NCBI GenBank assembly: GCA_963745865.1
Contig: CAVUYZ010000002.1
Span: forward strand, 101,514 to 165,513
Direction of reading: 5' to 3'
From: an uncultured bacterium
Lineage (GTDB): Bacteria; Actinomycetota; Acidimicrobiia; Spongiisociales; ZC4RG35
DNA: 64,000 bases
This document shows positions 29,780-41,046 of this stretch, piece after piece. How positions within the stretch are numbered: position 1 is the first letter of the stretch; each line of letters begins with the position of its first letter. The notes beneath the pieces were generated by a model. That model worked only from the letters and a program-made list of their open reading frames with translations, made no database searches and was not told where the DNA came from. The position numbers were made by a program, and so were the translations under genes.

Positions 29780-29950
29780 ACCACGAGAGGATCACCGACG
29801 ACCGACCGGTTCCCGTGATCGGTCATCTGTCATCTCGAACTCACAGGCGCGACCACCCTTCGGGTGGCGCGTCTTCGCGGGGATGCTCTACACTCGCGAA
29901 GAATCCCACGGCCCGAATACGGGCCTTCTAGCCGCAGGCGGAGTAGGTAC

Positions 29951-30982
29951 GTGGCAGAGACACTTCTCGCATTCGCCGGCCAAGACATGGCCATCGACCT
30001 TGGTACGGCGAACACACTGGTTTTCGTGAGAGGACAGGGCATCGTTCTCAACGAGCCTTCTGTCGTCGCGATCAATTCACACAACAATCGCGCGCTCGCC
30101 GTCGGTATGGAGGCAAAGCGGATGATCGGTCGCACACCGGCCAACATCACCGCCATCCGGCCGCTTCGCGACGGCGTGATCGCCGACTTCGACATCACCG
30201 AGAAGATGTTGCGCTATTTCATCCAGAAGGTCCATCGTCGCCGCTGGGCTCGACCCCGCATCGTGGTCTGCGTCCCGTCCGGCATCACCCCGGTCGAGCG
30301 ACGAGCCGTCGAGGAAGCGGCGTATCACGCCGGTGCCCGGCGCGCCTACACCATCGAAGAGCCGATGGCAGCCGCAATCGGATGCGGGTTGCCGATCGGC
30401 GAGCCATCAGGGTCGATGGTCGTCGACATCGGTGGTGGAACGACCGAAGTCGCCGTCATCTCGCTCGGCGGCATCGTCGTCTCGAGATCGATCCGCGTCG
30501 GCGGTGACGAACTCGACGAGGCGATCATCGATTGGGTCAAGAAGGAACACAACGTCCTTCTCGGCGAGCGCACCGCCGAACAGCTGAAGATGGCAGTTGC
30601 CTCGGCATGGCCACGCTCCGATGAGCCGGCAGCCGAAGTCAGGGGTCGCGACCTGGTGACCGGGCTCCCCAAGACGATCCTGCTCACCTCACCCGAGATC
30701 CGCGAGGCCATCGAAGAGCCGACCCAGGCGATCGTCGACGCGGTGAAGTACACCCTGGACAAGACGCCACCCGAGCTCGCTGCCGACATCATGGAGCGAG
30801 GCATCTGGCTCACCGGGGGAGGGGCGCTCCTCGAAGGTCTCGACCATCGGTTCGCCAACGAGACCGGCATGCCGATCGTGACCGCCGGCAAGCCGCTCCA
30901 GTCCGTCGTGCTTGGATCGGGGAAATGTCTCGAAGAGTTCGACACGCTTCATCACGTGCTCGTTTCCTCATCCCGACCCTGA
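29951..30982 (+). CDS. mreB: Rod-shape determining actin homolog MreB. The start is approximate: GTG at 29951 or ATG at 29987.
   Basis: IDLGTANTLVFV...DIGGGTTEVAVISLGGIV. Confidence 0.9.
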   Translation: MAETLLAFAGQDMAIDLGTANTLVFVRGQGIVLNEPSVVAINSHNNRALAVGMEAKRMIGRTPANITAIRPLRDGVIADFDITEKMLRYFIQKVHRRRWARPRIVVCVPSGITPVERRAVEEAAYHAGARRAYTIEEPMAAAIGCGLPIGEPSGSMVVDIGGGTTEVAVISLGGIVVSRSIRVGGDELDEAIIDWVKKEHNVLLGERTAEQLKMAVASAWPRSDEPAAEVRGRDLVTGLPKTILLTSPEIREAIEEPTQAIVDAVKYTLDKTPPELAADIMERGIWLTGGGALLEGLDHRFANETGMPIVTAGKPLQSVVLGSGKCLEEFDTLHHVLVSSSRP

Positions 30983-31009
30983 CCGTGCGGGCGAGAGGCC
31001 CGGTCCTCC

Positions 31010-31909
31010 ATGCGTGAGTTCCGAACCAACGACCGGGCGCTTCCGCTCTTCATCACGCTGGTGGTCCTCTCGATCATCATCATGACCTTCGACATCCGCG
31101 CCGAGGGCGAGGGTGCACTGTCGTCTCTCCGCTCGGTCGCCAACGGGGTCCTCGAGCCCCTGGAGACGGCAGGTTCGATCGTTGTCAACCCACTCGCTGA
31201 TCTCGTCGAGAACCTGAGCGAGATCACCAGCCTTCGCTCGGAGAATCAGGCGCTGAGAGCGTTGTTGGCCGAGCAACAGGCCGAGTTGGCCGCCAACGCC
31301 GACCTCTCGGCTCGCCTGACCGTGCTCGAGCGTCTCCTCCAACTCAGGTCTGAGGACTTCACAGATTTCACGACGACGGCCGCCAACGTCGTCGGGCAGA
31401 CCGATTCGTTCGATCTGGCGTTTCGGCTCGACAAGGGCGAAGAGGCCGGGATCCTCGCCGGACACCCGGTGCTGGATGAATTCGGCTACCTGGTAGGACG
31501 GGTCTCGGACTCCTGGAACGGTGGGGCGATCGTGGTGCCGTTGATCGCGGATGTGAACGCGGTCACCGTTCGGGTCGGAGAGCAGGTCGGGACGCTCGAA
31601 CCGATACGCGGCTCCGACACGATGCGCTTCGACGTCTTCGAGAACGCCGTCAGCGTCGTCGCCGGCCAGGAGGTGGTGACGTCGAGCCTCGCCAAGTCGT
31701 ATCCACCGTCGATCCCGGTCGGCGAGATCATCGAAGATTCCCAGCCGACCGGCCAGACCCTCACCGCCAGCGTCCGCCCGTTCACAGACCCGAGCAGGCT
31801 GCGAGCGGTCATCGTGCTCACCTGGCCAACAGACCAGATCGCCGACACCCCGCTCACGACCGTGCCCGTCATTCCGGGTGGACCGCAGACGGATCCGTCC
31901 GACGGATGA
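31010..31909 (+). CDS. mreC: Rod-shape determining protein MreC
   Basis: N-terminal TM segment plus coiled coil (LRSENQALRALLAEQQAELAA). Its position after mreB supports the call. Confidence 0.85.
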   Translation: MREFRTNDRALPLFITLVVLSIIIMTFDIRAEGEGALSSLRSVANGVLEPLETAGSIVVNPLADLVENLSEITSLRSENQALRALLAEQQAELAANADLSARLTVLERLLQLRSEDFTDFTTTAANVVGQTDSFDLAFRLDKGEEAGILAGHPVLDEFGYLVGRVSDSWNGGAIVVPLIADVNAVTVRVGEQVGTLEPIRGSDTMRFDVFENAVSVVAGQEVVTSSLAKSYPPSIPVGEIIEDSQPTGQTLTASVRPFTDPSRLRAVIVLTWPTDQIADTPLTTVPVIPGGPQTDPSDG

Positions 31910-32406
31910 ACGTTCGCAAAGCTCTCGCCGGCGCGGCGGCGGTCGTTGGCGCCATCGTCCTCCAGACGACCTTCTTCGGTCGTTTGACGATCGCCGGCAT
32001 CGCTCCCGACGCGGTGCTCATCGCCGTGCTGCTCTTCGCCGTCCGGCAACGCAGCGAGGGGACGATCGTGTTCGCGTTTCTCTCGGGTCTCCTCTTCGAT
32101 GCCCTCTCGTCGACCGCGCTGGGCCTGCGGGCCGCGGTGTACACCTCGATTGCGTTCCTGGCGATCCGCACGATCGATCGGATGGACTCCGGTCCGGTCA
32201 CCGTGTCTGCGTGGGTCGGCTTGATGACGCTCGGCGGAGTCGTGTTGTTCCTGATCGTTGGTAGCCTTTTCGGGCAGGTGACGCTCGATCCGGGAGAGGC
32301 CATGCGACGCGTGATCCTCGTGCCGATCTACAACCTGGTGCTCGCCCTGCTTCTCACTCCGGTCATCTCCCGGCTCCTCGCCCCCGCCCGACGTGGGTTC
32401 CCATGA
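31906..32406 (+). CDS. mreD: Rod-shape determining protein MreD
   Basis: Small polytopic membrane protein in the operon, overlapping mreC and pbp2. Confidence 0.7.
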   Translation: MNVRKALAGAAAVVGAIVLQTTFFGRLTIAGIAPDAVLIAVLLFAVRQRSEGTIVFAFLSGLLFDALSSTALGLRAAVYTSIAFLAIRTIDRMDSGPVTVSAWVGLMTLGGVVLFLIVGSLFGQVTLDPGEAMRRVILVPIYNLVLALLLTPVISRLLAPARRGFP

Positions 32407-34376
32407 AATTCAGCCTCAGACTCACCGTTCTCTTCGGTTTCTTCCTCGCCATGTTCGGGATCCTGAGCATGCGGCTGTGGTTCGTTCAGGTCGCCGAGGG
32501 TGCGTCGGCCGCCGAGGTCGCCGACAACCAGTCGTGGGTCGCCGTCGACACCCCCGCTCCCCGGGGCGACATTCGGGATCGGAACGGTCTGGTCCTGGCA
32601 ACGAGCCGCTTCGTGCCGGCCGTGGTGGTCGACCGTCACCTCGTGAACGCGGACCAGAAGGACCTCTTGATCCAACGCCTGTCCGCCCTCCTTGCGATCC
32701 CTGCCGACGACATCGCAGCGATGTACGAGAAGGCAGGCGTCAACGGAACCTTCACGGTTGCGACCGTCGACACGACCGAGGCGTATCAGATCAACGAACA
32801 GCTCGCGCTCTTTCCCGGCGTCAGAATCGAGAAAGTACCGGAGCGTGTCTACATCTCCGGTGAATCGATGGCGCACGTCATCGGCCAGCTCGGCCTGCCG
32901 GACGCCGATGACATCGACGCTCGACCGGATCTGAATCCCAGCGTTCGCATCGGGAAATCGGGGGTCGAAGCCAGATACGACGAGTGGCTGCAGGGCGAGT
33001 CGGGCGAGGTGTCCTATCAGGTTCGGCTGGGTGAGGTCATCTCCCAGCGTCCCGAGGTGGAACCGACGCCCGGCGACACATTGATCCTCACCCTGGACCT
33101 GGACATGCAACTCGTCGTCGAGAACGCACTCAAGGAGGGCATCACTCTCTCCAACGAGTGGAAGGACCGCCAGCGCGCCGCCGGCAACGGGGATGCCGCC
33201 AAGAACGAGACGGTTCGCGGGGCGGCGATCGTGCTCGACGTCGACACCGGTGCCGTTCTGTCGATGGCTTCGTATCCCGCCTTCGACCCGTCCCTGTTCG
33301 TCACGGGAATCGACGAGGAGACCTATGCGGCGTTGCGTGAGGTCGGTGCCGAGCAGAATCTCGCCGTCTCCGGTCAGTACCCGCCCGCCTCGACCTTCAA
33401 GGCCGTCACCTATCTCACGTTCCTGGAGGAGGACGTCCCGCTGCCAACCGACGTCGAGGGGATCGATCCCGTCAACAACGTCGTGCACTGCGACGGCCAG
33501 CTCGAGCTGTCGAGGCTGAACGACGGGAGCGCCCAGATCTTCCCCGACTGGTACACGGGTGACAAGGGCTGGCTCGGCGTCTCGGAGTCCTTGCAAGAGT
33601 CGTGCAACATCTTCTTCTACTCCGTGGCCCTCGGCATCCACGATGCCTGGGACGGCACGCCCAGAGAGACGGTGCTCCAGGACATGGCCAAGGGTCTCGG
33701 ATACGGGTCCCCGACCGGCATCGACCTGGCAAGTGACACCGCAGGGATCATCCCCGACCGTGAGTTGTTCCTCCAGTGGCAGGAGGCGCAGATGGAGGAT
33801 CCTGAACGCGCTCCGACCCGACTCGATCCGAGTCGCCTCGACGGGAGGGACCCCTGGTTCGGAGGAGACCTGATGAACGCCGCCATCGGGCAGGGCTCGG
33901 TCAGCGCCACGCCCCTACAGGTCGCGGTGTCGTATGCGGCGATGGCCAACGGCGGCAAGGTCTGGACCCCCTATGTGGTGGGCGAGATCCGTGACGTCGA
34001 TGGTGCGCTGGTCACACGCAACGTTCCGACTCTCAAGAACGAAGTGGACTTGGATCCGGCGAACGTCCAGCGTTTGCTCACCGACCTGAACCGGGTCGTC
34101 ACCCAGGGGACCGCTGCAACCGCATTCCGGGGCTTCGGGGACTCGATCAACGATGTCGGTGGCAAGACGGGAACCGGCCAGTCGATCCGCTCGAAGGACA
34201 ATCACGCCTGGTTCACGGGCATTGCTCCGTTGTCGGACCCGAAGTATGCGGTGGTCGTGCTGATCGACGAGGGTGGCAGTGGTGGCGGTGTCGCGGCTCC
34301 GGTCGCCCGCCAGATCATGCAGTACCTGATGGGCGAGGAACTCGACCCGATCGTCGCCGGCGAGTCGGCACAGTGA
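32403..34376 (+). CDS. mrdA: Penicillin-binding protein 2 (elongasome transpeptidase)
   Basis: RGDIRDRNG, STFK and KTGT motifs. Confidence 0.9.
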   Translation: MKFSLRLTVLFGFFLAMFGILSMRLWFVQVAEGASAAEVADNQSWVAVDTPAPRGDIRDRNGLVLATSRFVPAVVVDRHLVNADQKDLLIQRLSALLAIPADDIAAMYEKAGVNGTFTVATVDTTEAYQINEQLALFPGVRIEKVPERVYISGESMAHVIGQLGLPDADDIDARPDLNPSVRIGKSGVEARYDEWLQGESGEVSYQVRLGEVISQRPEVEPTPGDTLILTLDLDMQLVVENALKEGITLSNEWKDRQRAAGNGDAAKNETVRGAAIVLDVDTGAVLSMASYPAFDPSLFVTGIDEETYAALREVGAEQNLAVSGQYPPASTFKAVTYLTFLEEDVPLPTDVEGIDPVNNVVHCDGQLELSRLNDGSAQIFPDWYTGDKGWLGVSESLQESCNIFFYSVALGIHDAWDGTPRETVLQDMAKGLGYGSPTGIDLASDTAGIIPDRELFLQWQEAQMEDPERAPTRLDPSRLDGRDPWFGGDLMNAAIGQGSVSATPLQVAVSYAAMANGGKVWTPYVVGEIRDVDGALVTRNVPTLKNEVDLDPANVQRLLTDLNRVVTQGTAATAFRGFGDSINDVGGKTGTGQSIRSKDNHAWFTGIAPLSDPKYAVVVLIDEGGSGGGVAAPVARQIMQYLMGEELDPIVAGESAQ

Positions 34377-34386
34377 GGGGACGCTG

Positions 34387-35538
34387 ATGGCGACGATCTC
34401 ACCGACGATGACAGCGGTCTCGGACCGGAAAGGCAACCGGCCCGACTCGATCCTGATCACCGTGATGATGCTCCTGTCCGGCTTCGGCCTGGTGATGATC
34501 TACTCGGCGACGAGATTCAATCTCGAACGCGCCGAGCAGATCCCCACCGGGACGATGGAGCGCCAGATGATCTTCGTGACCGCAGGAATGATCGTCCTGG
34601 CGATCTTCTCGTGGATCGACTACCGGGAGTACAAGAGCTTCCTCCCGCTCATCTACGGCTCGATCATCGTGCTCCTCGTTGCGGTGTTCCTGTTCGAGGA
34701 GGTCAACGGAGCCCAGCGGTGGATCCCCATCCCATTGTTCAACCTCCAGCCCGCCGAGTTCGCCAAGCCGATCACGATCATCACCTTGGCCTATGTCCTG
34801 GGGCAGGGGTCGGAGCAGGAGACGCTGCGATGGAAGCGCATGCTGCAGGCCGTTGCGATCGCCGCGCTCCCCGCGGCGTTGATCGTGCTCGAACCGGATC
34901 TCGGAACGACGCTCACCATCCCGTTTGTCCTGCTCGTCATGTTGTTCGCCTCCGGCGCCAGTTGGAAACAGATGTTCAGCCTGGTGTTCACCGGCGTTCT
35001 CGCGGTGGTCGTGGCGTTCAGGTTCGATCTCCTGGCGGATCACCAGCAGAACCGGATCTCGGTCTTTCTCGACCCGAACATCGATCCCCAGGGTCTCGGG
35101 TTCCAGTTGCGACAATCGAAGTTGGCGATCGGGTCTGGTCAGCTGACGGGCAAAGGTCTGTTCCAAGGGACCCAGACCAACCTGGCATACGTCCCTGAAG
35201 CCGAGACCGACTTCATCTTCACCGCCGTCGGCGAGCAACTGGGATTCATCGGTGGGGTGATCGTGATCGCCGCGTTCCTCGTGTTGATCTGGCGCCTGCT
35301 CGTGATCGCAGCCCAATCCCGTGATCGATTCGGCTCCCTGATCGCCGTTGGCATCGCCGGAATGATGGTCTTCCATGTCTTCGTCAACGTCGGCATGACC
35401 GTCGGGATCGCGCCCGTCACCGGGCTGCCGCTGCCGTTCTTGAGCCTCGGCGGGAGCTTCTATCTGGCGATGGCAGTCTCGGTCGGGATCGCCAATTCGA
35501 TCTGGCTGCGGAGATCTCCGGTCCCGGGCGAACGGTGA
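34387..35538 (+). CDS. mrdB: RodA (SEDS family peptidoglycan glycosyltransferase)
   Basis: FtsW/RodA/SpoVE fold with motifs QLRQSKLAIGSGQLTGKGL and TDFIF. Confidence 0.9.
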   Translation: MATISPTMTAVSDRKGNRPDSILITVMMLLSGFGLVMIYSATRFNLERAEQIPTGTMERQMIFVTAGMIVLAIFSWIDYREYKSFLPLIYGSIIVLLVAVFLFEEVNGAQRWIPIPLFNLQPAEFAKPITIITLAYVLGQGSEQETLRWKRMLQAVAIAALPAALIVLEPDLGTTLTIPFVLLVMLFASGASWKQMFSLVFTGVLAVVVAFRFDLLADHQQNRISVFLDPNIDPQGLGFQLRQSKLAIGSGQLTGKGLFQGTQTNLAYVPEAETDFIFTAVGEQLGFIGGVIVIAAFLVLIWRLLVIAAQSRDRFGSLIAVGIAGMMVFHVFVNVGMTVGIAPVTGLPLPFLSLGGSFYLAMAVSVGIANSIWLRRSPVPGER

Positions 35539-35647
35539 CTGTCGGAGGACTCGCGGACGGTGCCGGTCCGATCATCATCCGGCCCGGCGCATTGATCGCG
35601 ACAGATGTGTCTGTCTCCGGGCCGGCAGCGGTCTAAGTTCTGGGAAC

Positions 35648-37636
35648 ATGTCCCGGTTCACAGCATGGTTGAGAAGGGTCCGCCTCGGCGAAGCGCCGAC
35701 CTTGATGATCCTCGCGGGCCTCGTCGGTGTCGGAGCCGGCCTCGGAGCGGTGGTGCTGATCACGGCGATCGATCTCGTGTCATCGGCTGGCGGCTGGGCG
35801 TCCGAACTCCTGCATCTCGGCTCGCTGTGGCCGCTCGTGATCCTCCCCCTCGGCATGTGGCTCTCGTGGAGGCTCACGTCGTGGTTTGCCCCCGAAGTCG
35901 TCGGACATGGCGTCCCCCAGATCGTCGCGGCGATCGCAGTGCGGGGTGGCCGGATCCGACCCCGGGTGATGGGAATGAAGACGATCGCCACCGCCCTCAC
36001 CATCGGGAGTGGAGGGTCGGCGGGTCGCGAAGGCTCGATCGCCCAGATCGGTGCGTCGATCGGGTCATGGGCTGCCCGGACCGCCCGGCTCTCGGAGAAC
36101 GAGGTGAGGACGCTGGTGGCGGCCGGGGCCGGGGCCGGGATCTCGGCGACGTTCAACGCGCCCATTGCCGGCTTGTTCTTTGCGATGGAGGTCATCCTCC
36201 AAGAGTTCGCGGTGCGACAGGTCCATACGATCGTCATCGCCTCGGTCGCGGCGGCCGTCGTCAGCCAATCTGTGATCGGAGAGGGCCTGACGTTCGAGGT
36301 CGAGCCGTACTTTCTCGACGACCCTCTCCAGTTGCTTCTCTTTGCACTCCTCGGCCTGGCAGCGGTGGTGGTTGGATGGTTGTTTCTCGAGGCGCTCGAC
36401 CGACTCGAGACGATGCCCGATCGGTGGCCGACCTGGGCAGGCCGGCGCTGTTCGCCGTATCCGTGGGCGTGATCGGCTTGATTCGCCCAGAGGTGCTCGG
36501 GACCGGACAGGACTTCATCAACTCCCTGCTCCGCAACGATGCGGGGTTGACATGGTGGATCCTCGGCATCCTCGCGGTCTTGAAGGTGGGTGCGACTGCC
36601 GCAACGCTGGGTGGACGCGGAGCCGGGGGGATCTTCATGCCCAGCCTCTTCATCGGTGCCTCGACGGGCGCGAGTATCGCCGTCCTGTTCGGGAGGGTGT
36701 GGGGTTGGTCGGAGATCCAGCCAGGCGCATTCGCACTCGTCGGGATGGCAGCCACGTTCTCGGCTGTGGCGCGAGCGCCGCTCACCTCGATCCTGATCGT
36801 CTTCGAGATCACCGGTGACTACGGACTGGTCCTGCCGCTGATGATCGCCACTGCGATCAGCAACGATCCTGGCTGGGCGAGTGCGACCCGAGAGCGCCTA
36901 CGCCGCGCCGCTGGCGAGGATGGGCATCCACCCGGTTCACGCCGGTGTCACCGATCTCCTCGACATGGTCCGCGTCGGAGACGTGATCGAGCCCGGTTCG
37001 GTCACGGTCGAACCGTCGGCGTCGCTCGGTGAGGTCCGGGGGATCCTGCAACGCAACCGCCTCCACGGTGCTCCGGTGATCGACGATGGACGGCTCGTCG
37101 GTCTCGTCGCCGAAAGCGACATCCTGCGGGCGGGAGGGCCCTCCGATCAGGTGACGGCCGCCGATGCCATGACCCCGAATCCCGCCACGGTCAATCCCGA
37201 TACCCGTGTGTCGGATGCCCTCGAACGAATGGCTGCCCTCGGGGTCGGACGACTGCCAGTCGTCGATGCCTCCGACCCCGAGCACCTCATCGGGATGTTC
37301 CGCCGTGCCGATGTCGTCGCGGCCTACCACCTCGCGCTCAGCACGACCTCGCGGGCGCACTCGGTGCCGGAGCGGGTCCAGACCCGAACGGGCCGGCGTT
37401 CGTCCTTCTTCGAGCTCACCGTGGTGCAGGGCTCGATAGCAGATGGCCGTCTCGTCAGCGAGGTCTCGTGGCCGGAGGGGTGTTTGGTCGTCTCGATCAA
37501 TCGTGGGGCAGAGCAGTTGGTTCCCAGCGGAACAACGGGGCTGATGGCCGGAGACGCGATCACCGTGTTCGGGACGGTGGAAGCTCGCGATCGACTCGTC
37601 GAGCGCCTGGCAGTGAGGTCCGAGTCACCGACGTGA
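35648..37636 (+). CDS. ClC voltage-gated chloride channel with a C-terminal CBS pair; two frameshifts at about 36420 and 36862
   Basis: GSGGSAGREGS, GAGAGISATFNAPIAGLFFAMEV and GIFMPSLFIGA, plus CBS domains (GAPVIDDGRLVGLVAESDI). Confidence 0.8.
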
Positions 37637-37665
37637 TGACTCGAGGATGTCGGCGGTCTCCGGCA

Positions 37666-38271
37666 TCACTCCAGCGCGAGTTGTTCTGGTTCCTCGGTCG
37701 AGTAGCACATCCGGCAGCGCGCTTCGTATGTGCCCTGTGCGCCTAGCACGACGAGATCGTCGGAGCGTGCAATCCGCTGGGTGAACAGCGCAGGGCCGCC
37801 ACAGCGATGGCATACAGCGAGCATCTTCGAGACGTATTCGGCGCGACCGCACAGCGTGGGAATCGGCTCGAACGGTCGTCTGAGGTAGTCGAGATCCAGG
37901 CCGGCGACGATGATCTGTTTGCCGGCGTCCGCCAGGCGCTCGCATACGGCGATGAGCCCGTCGTCGAAGAACTGCCCCTCGTCGATGCCGATCACCTCGG
38001 TGGCGTCGTCCACCGCGTGGAGGAGTGCGTCGCTGTCACCCACCGGCATGGCGTCGGCGCGCATGTGGGAGTGCGAGACCACCTCACGGTCGGCATATCG
38101 GACGTCGACACTGGGTTTGAAGGTCTGGACGGGTCGCCTGGCGATCTGTGAGCGAGTCACCCGGCGGATGAGCTCCTCGCTCTTCCCCGAGAACATCGGC
38201 CCGCAGATCACCTCGATCCACCCTGATTGCGGCCTCCTGAACATGGGTCGCGAGCGTAGACGGATCTGCAC
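37666..38271 (-). CDS. tdk: Thymidine kinase. The real start is probably the internal Met at about 38244.
   Basis: GPMFSGKSEELIRR, and the zinc ribbon CHRCGGPA...CRMCY. Confidence 0.85.
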   Translation of the reverse strand: MQIRLRSRPMFRRPQSGWIEVICGPMFSGKSEELIRRVTRSQIARRPVQTFKPSVDVRYADREVVSHSHMRADAMPVGDSDALLHAVDDATEVIGIDEGQFFDDGLIAVCERLADAGKQIIVAGLDLDYLRRPFEPIPTLCGRAEYVSKMLAVCHRCGGPALFTQRIARSDDLVVLGAQGTYEARCRMCYSTEEPEQLALE

Positions 38272-38622
38272 ATGCCGATTGCCGGACCAGGTGTCTGGCG
38301 ACGGAGTCCGTCCCCGGCTCCGTCGGATGAGCCTGGTGGGACACGCGAAAAGTGGTGCTATCGTTCAGGGTGCGTCCCGGAGCCCCAGATCGGCTGTGCC
38401 AGGCTGATGCCGAACCGAGCCGGGGACACGTGACGCTTCGCATTTCTGGCTATGGAGCCTTTCGAATCGTGACCATGTGCATCCCACCGTCTTCACCTCC
38501 CACTGGAGTTGCTGGAGTGACGATGTACGCACGTTCGGCTCCTGGTCATGTCCCTTCTGTCGCACACGGCGACATTCCTCATCGGTGCCGTTCGGCATCG
38601 TCCGATTCAGGAGTACGTATTC

Positions 38623-40188
38623 ATGGCATTCTTCCGCAAGCGGTCACCCGAGGTGATCCGCAGAGGTGCAGCTGGTCAAGTCATCGAAGAGCGCAAGAAG
38701 ATGCGCCTCGGCGGCCAGAAGGTCGAAGTGAAGCGGGTCATCGAACCCGCTCCCAAGTCTGAGCCTCGACAGGGTCAAAAGGGTCAGAAGAGCCGCAAGG
38801 GCTCGAACCGCAATCAGAAAGACTCCAACCGGAACCAGTCGCAACAGCGGAACCGGAACCGGCAACGGCGTGAAGAAGAGATCATCATTCCGACCGAGTC
38901 TGCGCGCAAGCAGATGCTGGTCAGGGTCACGCCCCATCAGACACAGTGTGTGGTGCTCGAAGGCCCGGTGCTCGTCGAGCACTACGTCGCATCGGCGGAT
39001 CAGACATCGCTGGTCGGAAACATCTATCTCGGTCGGGTGCGCAACGTGCTGCCCGGCATGGAGGCGGCATTCATCGACTTCGGAGCGGCCAAGAACGGGG
39101 TGGTGTACTCGTCGGACGTTCGAATCGACCGTGAGAAGTTCGGCAAGAAGAAACCGCGTATCGAGGAAGTCCTGAAAGAAGGCGACGAGGTCCTCGTCCA
39201 GGTCGTCAAGGATGCCATGGGGGCCAAGGGCGCCCGGCTGACCGGACAGCCATCCCTCCCGGGACGCTATCTGGTGCTGGTGCCCGACTCCGACGCTCAA
39301 GGCATCTCCCGCCGCCTCCCCGAAGATGAGCGCACCCGGCTTCGTGAGGTCATCTCGAAGGTGAAGCCGAAGGGGTTCGGCGTCATCGTCCGAACCGCAG
39401 CGCTTCATGCGTCGGGCGAGGAGATCGCCGCAGACATCGCACGACTCTTGAAGATCTGGGAGCAGATCCAGGAGGAGTCGGCCGGCGGAGGCAAGGCGCC
39501 CCGGGCGGTCTACGAGGAGCCCGATCTGCTGATCCGCGTGATCCGTGAGCACTTCACGGGCGACTTCCGTCGGATGCTGGTCGACAACTCAGATGCGACC
39601 AAGCAGGTCACCGATTACCTGGGTCGCACGGCTCCCGACCTCGTCTCGAAGATCACGCAATACGAGGACGAGCTTCCGCTGTTCGAGCGGTACCACGTCG
39701 AGGATCAGCTGCGGAAGGCCCTCGACCGTCGCGTGTATCTCCCGTCGGGCGGTCACCTCGTGATCGACCGAACCGAAGCGCTCACCGTCATCGACGTGAA
39801 CACCGGCAAGTTCGTCGGTTCGTCGAATCTGGAAGACACGGTTCTGCAGAACAATGTCGAGGCTGCCGAGGAGATCGGCCGTCAGCTGCGGCTGCGCGAC
39901 ATCGGCGGCATCATCGTCATCGACTTCATCGACATGGAGATCGAGAAGCATCAGCAGATGGTGCTTCGCAAGCTCAAAGAGACGCTGGCGAGGGACAAGA
40001 CGAGGACGCAGGTCTTCGATGTGTCTCATCTCGGTCTCGTCGAGATGACGCGCAAGAACGTGTCTGCTGGATTGCTCGAGTCCTTCTCGGAGAAGTGCCC
40101 GCACTGCGAAGGGCGCGGCGTCCTGCTCCACGAAGAAGCCGCCACTCATGCCGTCCCGATCTCGGGAACCGCCGAAGACGTGGACTGA
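38623..40188 (+). CDS. Ribonuclease E/G family endoribonuclease with a basic low-complexity N-terminal segment
   Basis: S1 domain (VGNIYLGRVRNVLPGMEAAFIDFG), GFGVIVRTAA, DVNTGKFVG and CPHCEGRG. Confidence 0.85.
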   Translation: MAFFRKRSPEVIRRGAAGQVIEERKKMRLGGQKVEVKRVIEPAPKSEPRQGQKGQKSRKGSNRNQKDSNRNQSQQRNRNRQRREEEIIIPTESARKQMLVRVTPHQTQCVVLEGPVLVEHYVASADQTSLVGNIYLGRVRNVLPGMEAAFIDFGAAKNGVVYSSDVRIDREKFGKKKPRIEEVLKEGDEVLVQVVKDAMGAKGARLTGQPSLPGRYLVLVPDSDAQGISRRLPEDERTRLREVISKVKPKGFGVIVRTAALHASGEEIAADIARLLKIWEQIQEESAGGGKAPRAVYEEPDLLIRVIREHFTGDFRRMLVDNSDATKQVTDYLGRTAPDLVSKITQYEDELPLFERYHVEDQLRKALDRRVYLPSGGHLVIDRTEALTVIDVNTGKFVGSSNLEDTVLQNNVEAAEEIGRQLRLRDIGGIIVIDFIDMEIEKHQQMVLRKLKETLARDKTRTQVFDVSHLGLVEMTRKNVSAGLLESFSEKCPHCEGRGVLLHEEAATHAVPISGTAEDVD

Positions 40189-40302
40189 TCGTCCAAAGAG
40201 GCGGCAAACTGGGCCGTGAATCGGGACGACTCGTGCGGCCCGGGAACGGTGCCATCGGCAATCCGAGCGTCTGTCAGCGCTCATTCGTCGAATCGACCCG
40301 CT

Positions 40303-40329
40303 TTGGACAGTGCAAGCGGGATCTAGTAT
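40303..40329 (+). promoter_or_regulatory. Candidate sigma-70-type promoter for rplU-rpmA-obg
   Basis: TTGGAC, then a 15-16 nt spacer, then TAGTAT; about 35 nt upstream of the rplU ATG. Confidence 0.3.
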
Positions 40330-40362
40330 CTTTACGCCGTTCCCCCTCACAGAGGTTTTCCC

Positions 40363-40776
40363 ATGTATGCCATCATCAAGTCGGGTGGGAAGCAGGCCAA
40401 GGTGACTCCCGGAGATGTCATCGAAGTCGAACTGCTTCACACCGAGGATGAGAGTGTCTCGTTCACTCCGCTCCTCATCGTCGACGACGAAGGCTCGACC
40501 ATCACCGACAAGGACAGCCTGGCGAAGGCCAGCGTGACTGCCAAGGTCCTCGGTGACATCAAAGGCCCCAAGATCGACATCTTCAAGTACAAGAACAAGA
40601 CGGGCTATCGCCGCCGTATGGGTCATCGCCAGAAGTACACCTCGCTCGAGGTGACTGGCATCGACATGCCGGGCGGAGCCAAGAAGTCGAGCAAGAAGTC
40701 CCCGAAGGCCGAGAAGCCCGAGGCTCCGGAAGCAGCCACTGAGGCCGCCGTCGAAGGCGCCTCCGAGGAGGAGTGA
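40363..40776 (+). CDS. rplU: 50S ribosomal protein L21 with a C-terminal extension
   Basis: [14 protein letters not shown]...[21 protein letters not shown]. Confidence 0.9.
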   Translation: MYAIIKSGGKQAKVTPGDVIEVELLHTEDESVSFTPLLIVDDEGSTITDKDSLAKASVTAKVLGDIKGPKIDIFKYKNKTGYRRRMGHRQKYTSLEVTGIDMPGGAKKSSKKSPKAEKPEAPEAATEAAVEGASEEE

Positions 40777-40779
40777 ACG

Positions 40780-41031
40780 ATGTCCAAGACAAAAGCAGGC
40801 GGCTCTAGCAAGAACGGGCGCGACTCCCGTGCCCAGCGACTCGGCCCGAAGGTCTTCGACGGCCAGCTCGTGAACGCGGGCGCCGTCATCGTGCGTCAGC
40901 GCGGGACCCGCATCCATCCCGGTGTGAACGTAGGCCGGGGCAACGACGACACGCTGTTCGCCATGGCAGAGGGGACCGTCAAGTACTCGACGCGCAACAA
41001 TCGCCGTCTGGTCGACGTCCTCTCAGACTGA
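40780..41031 (+). CDS. rpmA: 50S ribosomal protein L27
   Basis: [18 protein letters not shown]...[12 protein letters not shown]. Confidence 0.9.
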   Translation: MSKTKAGGSSKNGRDSRAQRLGPKVFDGQLVNAGAVIVRQRGTRIHPGVNVGRGNDDTLFAMAEGTVKYSTRNNRRLVDVLSD

Positions 41032-41046
41032 TCGGGGTCCGGTCGC

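Noticed and set aside
40600-40776. Lys/Ala/Glu-rich C-terminal tail of L21 as a separate fused domain
   Set aside because: Actinobacterial L21 proteins frequently carry such low-complexity extensions. This is not unusual.
39589-40917. 442-aa minus-strand ORF
   Set aside because: It is antisense to the RNase E/G and rplU genes and is a shadow ORF.
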